Shown one piece after another: positions 50,930 through 64,000 of a stretch of 64,000 nt of DNA; the stretch's first letter is position 1; each line of letters opens with the position of its first letter. Made by a program: the position numbers and the translations under genes. The notes under the pieces were generated by a model. That model saw nothing but the letters and a program-made list of their open reading frames with translations, searched no databases and was not told the origin of the DNA. The stretch is taken from assembly GCF_009914755.1 (NCBI RefSeq), contig NC_060929.1. The stretch is one strand, 5' to 3'. The stretch comes from the human T2T-CHM13v2.0 reference genome, Homo sapiens.

Positions 50930-52297
50930 TGGGGCAGCTTCATTGACGTGGGGTCACACAGGGCCCCATGCTCACCAGGGCCTGCTTACCTTAATGCTCT
51001 GCTGTAGCTGTCTTGAAATGTCTCATAATTTCATCTTTGAACTTGTGTTTTGTAAGTGGGGTCCAGTGGGACAGTGGAGCATGCGGTACACAGAGAGGTA
51101 GAACCTGGGTGTCATGCGGGCCGGCTGGGGCTCCTGTGTGCATGCAGTGCTGGTGATGCCCGTGAGCACAGGATTCTGATGACCCCACCACATGTGGGGG
51201 CTCAGCAAGACTCAAAGTGAGTGTAAGGTAAGCTTGTTATGTCTACAACTGAGTAAGAGGAACGCTGACAGCCCTGAGGGACCTCACCATCCATTTCAAC
51301 CAGAACTTGCCAGATGCAAGAAGAAGGCAATTGTGTGCTAAGAAACATGAACAGGGCCTGTCTTGGTGACTCACGCCTGTAATCCCAGCACTTTGGGGAG
51401 CTGAGGCAGGTGGATCTCCTGAGGTCAGGAGCTCGAGACCAGCCTGGCCAACATGGTGAAACCCCATCTCTACTAAAATACAAAAATTAGCTGGTCGTGG
51501 TGGCAGGCGGACTATAATCCCAGCTGCTCAGGAGGCTGAGGCAGGAGAATTAGGAGAATTGCTTGAACTGGGGAGTCGGAGGTTGCAGAGAGCTGAGATC
51601 GCGGCACTACACTCCAGCCTGGGCAACAGAGCGAGACTCCGTGTCAAAAAAACAAACAAACAAACAAAAAAACATGAATGGCCCAGGAACCCTGCTATAG
51701 CCTTCTTCCTCATGTTATTTCGCTGGATAAGCCAACCGCTGACACTGATCATGATGAGCTAGGACAGGGACAGATCAGGCAACCTGTAGTTCCTTTCCTT
51801 TCAGCCCCTCCTCACACATCATAAGCTAAAAGCAGAGCATGTTGAGAGAATGTGCATAAGTCAAGAAAAGAAATGAAAACAGTTGAGTAAGTTTTGTGCC
51901 CTTTCCCACCATTTCAGGTAAGATGAAATACACATGTGTGCACAAGGTACTGAATACAAATTATACGATTTTGATGATTCTGCATATGAGTTAAACACCC
52001 TTATATTTGCATTTAAAACTGACATTGCACAATAGAAAGATGAATAGTAAAATTCATGCTAGTCATTTAGATTTTTCATTTTTCTTTACTTAAAATGATA
52101 TTTAACAAATACAAACTCATGACAAATCTAGAGGCAGACCAACAGAAAAGAAGCGAAGCTTTATATATCTCTAGGTACAGATACATAGATACTTTTATAT
52201 TTTAGCGCCTTTATTATTAGGCATTTCCCTCCTGCTTTTTGAACAAGAAGCTCCACATTTTCATTTTGTGCTGGGTCCCATGTTGTGACTGGCCCGG
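50930..52297 (+). mobile_element. MER45-family (MER45B-sized) hAT-Tip100 DNA transposon with an Alu inserted at ~51355-51672
   Basis: 5' GGGCAGCTTCAT...CACAGGGCCCC...TTAATGCTCTGCTGTAGCTGTCTTGAAAT and 3' TTTGAACAAGAAGCTCCACATTTTCATTTTGTGCTGGGTCCC match the recalled MER45 ends. Length without the Alu is about 1.05 kb. Confidence 0.7.
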
Positions 52298-52323
52298 GTG
52301 GCGGAGTCTCTATTTTAGGGTGA

Positions 52324-52755
<432 letters not shown>

Positions 52756-53559
52756 CAGCCTGCTTTCCTTTCTATAACATTCTTCCCAGCTGGTGCAAGG
52801 TCTGGCTGTCCCTGGAGTCTGGCTCTCTCCCTGGTGTGCCACAGGCTATTTAGGGTCTGGGGCAGTGTAGCGCATATGGGGAAGTAAGTTCTCTCAGACT
52901 TCAAGATGCTGTTGCCCCTGGCCTTGGGGGGCATCTTCACTGACCACTGGGCTGCCATCCAAGGACCACGGTCCAACCCCTTCCAAGGGCAGGGCCTGCA
53001 GAGGGGCCTCAGAAACGGTGTTGCGGGACTGGAGATGGGCTTCTGTCTCCTCGCTCCCAGCACCCTTCCCCAGCCAGGTGAGGGAGAGGTAGTGGGTTCT
53101 CTCCTTGGCTTGCTCTTAGGGGACAATGAGAGGAGGAACGGAAAGCCCTTGGCAGGGATCAGTTAGCAGCCAGGCCTCCTGTGCGAGGCCCTCTCCCTAG
53201 AGGCAGAGGGAGTGGGAGTGGGAGTGGAAGGGCAGCTGGGTGGGAGGAAAAAGCGTCCCCAGACTGGGTCCTTGAAGGCAGCACAGGGGGCATTAGATCC
53301 CTCCTCCCGCTCTATGACTTTGACTCTAGTCCCAGACCCAGCAGCTCAGCCAAGTTCTCTGAGCCTGTTTCCTTCTTTATATTGTGGCTAATGACTATAC
53401 CTGCCCCAAGGACTGTTGAGAGCATTCTCCGAGCCGATCTGTAAAAAGCATTTGGTGCAGAGCTGGGCACTTAGAGGTCTCGGTTCATGGAGCCCCTCCT
53501 CCCCTGCTGTGAAGAGGAGGTTGGTGATCCAGTGAGGCCTCCCTGCTCTGCGACCAGGA

Positions 53560-54060
53560 ACACCTTCTGTCCCCTCTCCTTCTCCCTGTCCCAGGGCCTC
53601 CTTCTTTCATCTCTCCTCCTCGTCCCCTCCTTTTCTCTCTGCTGTTCCTCTAGCATGCCACACTCATGCCCAGCACAGGGCCTTTGCACTTGCTGTTTCT
53701 TCTGTCTGCAGCTCAGGTCTCCTGGATGCTTGATGACTGACTCTTGATCATTCCTTGGGTCTTTGCACAAATGTCACCTCCTCTGGGATGGTATGCCTGA
53801 CTGCTCCAGTTGAAACTCCTCCTCATGCAGCCACTCTGTTACATTTCACTTTTTAATTTTCTGCACAGCAGGTAATAGGTGATAATATTCTTGTTTATTT
53901 GTTTGTTCAGTATCTTTTTCCCCTCCCCGCAGGCTGTGAGCTCCAGGTGAGTGGGCACCTTGTCTGTCTTGGTCCCCAAGTCTTCAGTGACTAGCAACAC
54001 ACAGTAGGTGCACCAGGCAGATACAGGTACTGTTCTTATGGAGGTCACAGTTTAATGAAT
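53560..54060. mobile_element. L2 remnant
   Basis: CAGGGCCTTTGCACTTGCTGTT, AAATGTCACCTCCTC, CTGTGAGCTCCA and ACACAGTAGGTGC are typical L2 3'-region words. Confidence 0.75.
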
Positions 54061-54099
54061 GAGGCAGGATTGAAAAAGCAAAGAAATGTTTTGATACAT

Positions 54100-55040
54100 A
54101 TTTTTTTATTTACGGTAAAATATACATAACAAAATTTATCATCTTAACCTTTTTTAAGTATACAGTTCAGTGACATTAAATACATTCACATTATTGTGCA
54201 ACCGTCACCACCATCCATCTTTGGAAGTCATTCATCTCGCAAAACTGAAACTCTGAACTCATTAAAACAGTAACTCCCCCACCTCCTTTCCCAGCACCCT
54301 CCACCCCTGCAACCACCTACCTTCCTTTCTTCCTACCTTCCTTCCTTTCTTCCTTTTTTTAGATTGGGTCTCGCTTTTGTCACCCGGGCTGGAGTGCAGT
54401 GGCACAATCATAGCTCACTGCAGCCTTGAATTCCTGGGCTCAAGGAATCCTCCTGCCTCAGCCTCTTGATAGCTGGGACTACAGGCACACACCACCACAC
54501 CCTGCTTTTTTTCATTTTTTTCTAGAGACAGAGTCTTGCTATGTTGCCCAGGCTGGTCTTGAACTCCTGACCTCAAGCAGTTCTCCCATCTTGGCCTCCC
54601 ATTTTACTTTCTGTCTCTATGAATTTGACTACCCTAGGTACATCATATAAATGGAATCATACCATATTTGTCCTTCTGTGACTGGCTTATTTCATCAGCA
54701 TAGTGCCTTTGAGGCTCACTCATATTGTCTATGTCATAATTCTTTCCTTTTTAAGGCTGAGTAGTACTCCACTGTGTGGATAGACCACCATTCACCTGCT
54801 GATGGGTTCTTGGGTGGCTGCCACCGCTTGGCTGTTGTGAATGATGCTGTTATGAATGTAGGGGTATAAGCATATCTTCGAGTTCTTGTTTCAATGCTTT
54901 TGGGAATATATCCAGATGGGGGAATTGGTGGATCATATAATTTTATTTTTAATTGTTTGAGGAACCACCATACTATTTTGCATACTGGCTGAACCCTTTT
55001 ATATTCCTACCAACAGTGCACAAGGGACAAGGGTTTCAAT
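54100..55040 (-). mobile_element. L1MB-like LINE-1 3' end, interrupted by a truncated Alu (~54355-54600)
   Basis: TTTTATTTACGGTAAAATATACATAAC...TACATTCACATTATTGTGCAACC...GAGGAACCACCATACT...CCAACAGTGCACAAGGG is antisense L1M 3' sequence. Confidence 0.85.
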
Positions 55041-55516
55041 GTCCCTTGATGTAATGTCCCAATGACATTGAGGGACATTGTCCCTCAATGTCCCAAGGGT
55101 TTACATCATAGCTCACTGCAGCCTTGAACTTCTAGACTCAGGTGATCCTCCCACCTCAGCCTCCTAAAGTGTGGGATTAGAGGCGTGAGCCGCAGCACTC
55201 GGTCTCGTTTTTTTTTTGATGTGCATTGTCCTAATGATTAGATTACACATTAGGCAGGAAGCATGTTTTTCAGGAATGGAGGGTGGGGAGCCTCTTAGCT
55301 TCAGTGGTCTCAAAGGACTCTTTGGGGAGGTGGTATTTGAACTGAAGCCTAAAAGAAGGGAAGAAAGCAGCCAGTGGTGGATCTGGGATAAGGAGTGGAG
55401 GTTCAGGGAGAGGGAACAGTAAGTGCACAGGACCTGAAGTGTGGAGTGAGCACTGCGTATTTTTGCTGGAAAATAGTGAATAATGGGCAGGGGGAATGGG
55501 GGAAGAGGTGGTTTAA

Positions 55517-55870
<354 letters not shown>

Positions 55871-56299
55871 CGGGAAAGGCTTTCTATTTGCAATTTAGAG
55901 TAAGCACCGCTTTCCTCGGGGTCCGCAGGGCACAGGGGAGGGACGGGGCCTGATTGGGTAGTGATGTTGCTGTGTCCACCATGGGAGTGTGGTGCTTGTG
56001 GATGTGTGCACATGGAGGCGTGGAGTGTGTTCCTGGACATCACCAGGAGCCCAGATCATGATTTGACCTCTATCGAGACCGTACTGTGCCGCCGCCCTCC
56101 TGCCTGCAGTGCCATTGGCCGCCCCAGCCAAGGTTGCTTCTGGCGCCCACCACCAGTCTGGGATCAGCAAGATGGATCTGGAACCCATACCCAGGAGGTG
56201 AGGCTAGACTCCAAGAAGAACAGCCAACACTTCGAAGGTTTGGAGACAAGGCCTTGCGGCACTGAGGTCAGATTACTCCACACCCTATCTTTGCAAGGC

Positions 56300-56490
56300 A
56301 GCAGGGGACGCAGGAGTGTTGGGGCACTGTCTCCGGGAGTGGCGGGGGCTGCTGCAGTACCTGGGAGGGCCGCGCGGGGGCGGGCGAGGACGCCGAGCTA
56401 TGAGAGGAGGGAGGGCGCGCGAGGCCGAGTGGGGAGCTTGGAGCAGCGGGAAGGTCAGGGGCGCCCATCTGCGGCACTCTCGGTTTGGCT
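56300..56490. promoter_or_regulatory. Small CpG island / candidate lncRNA promoter
   Basis: CpG cluster with a GC box (GGGGGCGGG). Confidence 0.6.
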
Positions 56491-56662
56491 CAGTTTCTGC
56501 CTACAAGTGTCTGTGCGTGTGAGGAGAAAATAAAGTCATGAGCTCATCACCATCCCAGTGGCGTCTCATTTAATCGTCATACCAACATCCTCACAGGCCC
56601 AGAGACGTAGAGCCACTTACCCAAGATCACTCAGCAGGGGAATTCAGACCAGGCCCGCCTGA

Positions 56663-57047
<385 letters not shown>

Positions 57048-57889
57048 CTCTTCACCTGTCTTCTGACCTCAGTTTGCCCCCACCACACTCTGCCTCATCC
57101 CCCTCCAAGACGCCTCCCCAAGGTCCCTGAGGAGGGGTTCAGGGGCCCTGGGGAGAGCTCAGATATATACCCCATCACCATGGTAACGACACCGGCAGGA
57201 TAACATCCAGTCTCCTTCCTGACCTCCTGCCGCTGAGGGCTGGGGAGGGGTATCCAGGGAGCCTGGCTGAGCCCCTGGCCTGCTTCTGGGACCCCTGCCA
57301 CCTCTGCTGAATCTCCTCTGGGCATCGGGCCCAAGTCCCAAGGGCTGTAAGCTGGGATACAACCAGGGTCCCCCTAAAAAACCCAGCAGCCTCCCTCCCC
57401 CAAGTGCATGACTGGCAGTTTGGCCTGCCCTGGAGGAAAAATCATGGGTAATTTCAGCTGAGAACATTGAGCAGAAGGGCATCCTGAGGCCCAGAGAGGA
57501 GCAGGGAATTATCTAGGATCCTGCAGCAAGGCAGGGGCTGAGGCTTTGTTTGTTTTTGTCCAGAAACGGCTGGATGACCCCAGAAAAAGAGGTCAATAAG
57601 ATATGTACCCAGAGGCTGGAGATTGAGGGGCCATAAAGTCAGTTTTCTGAACTCCTCCAGGAAGTCCTCCCTGACCATCCCCTCTATTCACCAATGTTAG
57701 ACATGGTCGCAGAGCTCCCTTGACACTTTGCTCAGGTCATTCTGAGCTGCTTTTTTTTTTTTTTTCCAGATAGGGTCTTGTTCTGTCACCCAGGCTGGAG
57801 TGCAGTGGCATGATCAAGGCTCACTGTAGCCTCAACTTCCTGGGCTCAAGTGATCCTCCTTCCTCAGCCTCCTGAGTAGCTGGTGAGCT

Positions 57890-58270
57890 TCATTAAGGCA
57901 CCTCAAAGAACCACAGTCCATTCTCCTGGCCAGCCTATAAATCCCCTCTCTAACCCTCCCGACAATGGGCTGCCCATCTTGCTTGCACACCTTATGTGAT
58001 GGGGAGATAGCTGCCTTAAAAGGCATGTAGTTTCCACTGTAGGACAGTTTCTTCTAGTGAGACCAAGCTGGCCTTCTTGTGCTGTCCAGCTGTTGGAACT
58101 AGCTCACTCTGTGGAGCACAGAACAAGTGACTCCATCTGCTGCACACAGGCCCCAGATGGCTGCAGAGAGGTCTGTGTCCTCCCATCCCCATTCCAGCCT
58201 TTTCTCCAGCTTAAGTGGTGCCAGTTCCCTATAAACAACCTTTTCAGCCCTTCATCTCCTGGGCAACCCT
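57890..58270 (-). mobile_element. L3/CR1 LINE 3' remnant
   Basis: TGATGGGGAGATAGCTGCCT...TTCCACTGTAGGACAG...CACAGAACAAGT...TTCTCCAGCTTAAG...CCAGTTCC resembles the antisense CR1/L3 3' region. Confidence 0.6.
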
Positions 58271-58681
58271 CCACTGGGTATACCCTAATTGGCAATGGCC
58301 CCTTCTGTAGTGGCTTTTTCTCAATACACAAAAAAATATGTGTTTGTTATAGGGAAAGTAAAAAATATGCACAAGGGAAAAATATCCCCAATCCTACCAC
58401 CCAGAGATGACCTCTTTTAGCTCCTTGGGGCCTCTTGTTGCAAACAGATGCCAATGTGTGCATTAAAGTGAGAGGCAAAAGCAAGACTATTTCAAAGCTG
58501 GTGGGAGGGAGGCCTTGTAGGGGAGAAAGGCAACGTCTGTCTAACTTAGTAGCTTGAAGGTCATTTGGTTGTAAGACAGGTTTGCTCAGGAAGACTGAGG
58601 ATTGGGGCAAAGAGAATAAAATAATTTTGATGATAAAGAAAAATTTAGTTTCCAAAGGCCATGCTAGAAATGTGGGGAGCA

Positions 58682-60050
58682 GCCTGGGTGCTGTGGCTCA
58701 TGCCCTTAATCCCAGCACTTTGGGAGGCCGACGTGGGTGGAGTGCTTGAGCTCTGGAGTTCGAGATGAGCCTGTGCAACATGGCCAGACCTCATCTCTAC
58801 AAAAATACAAAAATTAGCTGCGTGTGGTGGCACACACCTGTGTTCCCAGCTACCTGGGAGGCTGAGGTGGGAGGATTGCTTGAGCTCAGGAGGTTGAGGC
58901 TACAGTGAGCCATGATAGCCCCACTGTATTCCAGCCTGGGTGACAGAGGGAGATCCTGTCTCAAAAACAGACAAATAAAAAAAGAAATGTAGGAGCATTT
59001 TGCTGAAGCATTGCCCTCCAGACAGGCTCCCAACAACCATTCCCTCTCAGTCTCCACCACCTTCCTCCTAGAGCCTGGGAACAAGGCAAACCCAGGCCCC
59101 CATGGGCAGGGCCTCTTTCAGAATGAAGAAGCGAGGGCTTCAGTGCTGGCCCCCTAGGAAAGTCCTACACAAGGTCCAGTTATGCCTTCACTGCAAATGT
59201 CAGTCAAAGTTGTATGCCCAATTAGTGGCACTCGAGGTGTGAAGGAATAAGTGTGGTTCCCAAGGGACAGTGCAGGGGGAAATGGGACAGTGCACACAAG
59301 ATGTACAAGGCAGGTGGGAAGTGGAGAATGTCATGAAAATAGGAAGACAGCTAGTCACAATAAGGAGACATTAAGGCCCCCCAAGAACTGTAAGCCTTGG
59401 GACAGGCAGTGGTACACTGAGTAGCCCATGTCATGGGATGGGGTCTCTAGTCAAGAGAAGAGTGACTCCAGAGGCTCTGCTTCCTCCTTAACTGTATAGA
59501 TAAAGAATATCTTTCCATTTCAGCAAATATTTGTGATGCATCATTTTAATGACATAATACTCCAGTGCATAAAGACACCACAATTTCTTTAACCAATACC
59601 CTATTTTAGGACATTTAAGTTATTTACAACTTTTTGCCATTATAATCAATATTGTAATGAACATCCTTGTAGCTATATCTTTGCCCACATCCATCTTTAT
59701 TTTCTTAGGATAAATCCCTAGCAATGAGGGTCAGGCGTGGTGGCTTACGCCTGTAATACTAGCACTTTGGGAGGCCAAGGATCGCTTGAGCCCAGGAGGT
59801 TGAGATCAGCCTGGCAACTTGACAGAAACCCATCTCTCCAAAAAAAAAAGTGCAAAAAATTAGCTGGGTGTGGTGGCACGTGCCTATAGTCGCAGCTACT
59901 CAGGGGGCTGAGGTGGGAGGGTTGCTTGAACCCAGGATGTCGAGGCTGCAGTGAGCCATGATAGCGCCCTTGCACTCCAGCCTGGGTGACAGAGCGAGCC
60001 AATGTCTCAAAAAAAGAAAAAAAACAAAAAAAAAAAAAAAAAGAAAGAAA
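58682..60050 (+). mobile_element. Two separate old sense Alus (~58682-58985 and ~59730-60050); the second lies in an antisense L1M remnant (~59490-60170)
   Basis: Alu motifs; TSD AGAAATGT(GG/A)GGAGCA around the first; L1M-like GGACATTTAAGTTATTTACAACTTTTTGCCATTATAA. Confidence 0.85.
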
Positions 60051-60189
60051 AAATTTGGTTAAAGGACAGAAACTTTTTTAAGGCTTTTGGTGCATGTTGA
60101 CAAATTGCTTCCCAAAAGGTGCGCTGCATTTGCCTCCTAAATGCTGACAGCTGTGGGCCTGTGCTGATTTCCCCAGGACTTAGCCATCA

Positions 60190-61225
60190 GTTGTTTTTTA
60201 ATTTATTTATTAATTTTTTTTATTTCCATAGGTTATTGGGGAACAAGTGGTGTTTGGTTACATGAGTCAGTTCTTTAGTGGTGATTGTGAGATTTTGGTG
60301 CAGCCATCACCTAAGCAGTATACACTGCACCCAATTTGTGGTCTTTTGGCTGTCTTCTTCTCCACATTTTATTGTTAAAATTTCAGACATACAAAAAAGT
60401 TGAACAAATTTTACAGTGAACACCTACGTAGCCACCCCCCGGGTTTTCTAATTTATTTTAGTGCCATCTTTGTCTTGTCATTATCTATGCATCCCTCCTT
60501 TACCCATCAAGTCATCTTTTTTGAGTGTATATTAGAGCAAATTACAGCTATCAGTACACTTTGACCCCCAAACACTTCAACATGTTTATCATGAACTAGA
60601 GGTCAATGCTTGTGTATGGTTCTTTGTTCTATGAAGGCAAAATTTTTTATACAATGAAATGCACAAATCTTAAGTATACCATTTATTGAGTTTTAACAAA
60701 TGCATATATTTGTATAAGCCCAACTCTATCAAGATATGGAATATTTCCATCACTCCAAAAAGTTTCCTAGTTTCCCGGTTGCCCCCATTGTTCTGATTTC
60801 TTTCCACCATAGCTTAGTTTTGCTCATTCTAGAATGTCATAATCATCGAATCATGCAGTATCTACTCTTTTTACCTGGCTGGTTTCATTCAGCATAATGT
60901 TCTGGAGCTTCGTCCTGTTGTTGCATGTATCAGTAGTTTGTTCCTTTTTATTGTTGAGTAGGAATCCATTGTATGGATGTGTAATAGTTTGTTAATCCAT
61001 TTGCTTCTTGACAGACACCTGGGCTGTTTCTAGTTTGGAACCATTGTAAACAAAACTGCTATGAAATTGTTGTACAATCTTTGTGTGAATATATGTTTTC
61101 ATTTTTTCTTGGGGACTCGAGTGGAAATGCTGCATCATAGGGTGGGCATATGTTTAGTTGTCTAAGAAACTGCTTGACCTATTTACAAAGCAGTTCTACC
61201 ATTTTATACTCCCACCAACATTTTA
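60190..61225 (-). mobile_element. L1PB-like 3' end (~60200-60348) followed by older L1M 3' fragments
   Basis: TTTATTTCCATAGGTTATTGGGGAACAAGTGGTGTTTGGTTACATGAG is L1PB-type; AATGAAATGCACAAATCTTAAGT...GAATCATGCAGTAT is L1M-type. Confidence 0.8.
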
Positions 61226-61289
61226 CACTCTACCCTTGAGTTCTCAGCTCAGAACACAATGGGTTCTCAGCTCAGAACACAATGGGGTT

Positions 61290-63884
<2,595 letters not shown>

Positions 63885-63899
63885 TGAAGGTCACTTGGC

Positions 63900-64000
63900 T
63901 TTATTTTATTTTTTACTGTGGTAGAATAGCATAAGATTTACCACTTTAACCATTTTTAAGTGTGCAATTCAGTGATATTAGGTACCCTCAAAATGTCATA
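63900..64000 (-). mobile_element. L1M 3' end (continues past the window)
   Basis: TTTTACTGTGGTAGAATAGCATAAGATTTACCACTTTAACCATTTTTAAGTGTGCAATTCAGTG. Confidence 0.8.

Noticed and set aside
56461-56478. Second CTCF-like motif GCGCCCATCTGCGGCA (also CCGCCAGGTGAGCGC near 37115)
   Set aside because: Each needs an indel relative to the core consensus; too weak to call.
55961-56533. 190-aa ORF running into the small CpG island
   Set aside because: No recognisable homology; part resembles decayed CR1-like sequence and the rest is GC-rich open frame.

Overview
Primate, almost certainly human, non-coding genomic DNA. I recognise no protein-coding exon. The long ORFs in the track come from Alu, THE1-internal, low-complexity or GC-rich sequence. 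The flanks (about 1-19 kb and 48-64 kb) are dense in Alu, L1, L2, MIR and CR1 repeats. They also contain a THE1A MaLR element, a near full-length Charlie1a hAT transposon and a MER45-family hAT element. The centre (about 19-47 kb) is Alu-poor and carries a chain of CpG islands and short homeodomain-, NF-Y-, RFX- and CTCF-motif modules, which is typical of a developmental enhancer/lncRNA landscape. Splice and poly(A) signals suggest a spliced minus-strand lncRNA and possibly plus-strand non-coding exons. The most distinctive oddities are: (i) a 25-nt 5' tRNA-Glu(CTC) fragment with an A-tail and a degenerate target-site duplication, which looks like a retroposed tRNA fragment; (ii) a ~90-bp patchwork of templated direct and inverted repeats, with a perfect 14-bp-arm palindrome, at an L1/Alu junction; (iii) a symmetric CCAAT-forkhead-CCAAT dyad; (iv) a strand-biased YCAGT array between two CpG islands. 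From memory only, the island spacing resembles the CXXC5-PSD2 interval on 5q31; this needs BLAT. I found no evidence of a new multi-gene system. Repeat subfamily names are from recalled consensus sequences and boundaries are approximate.
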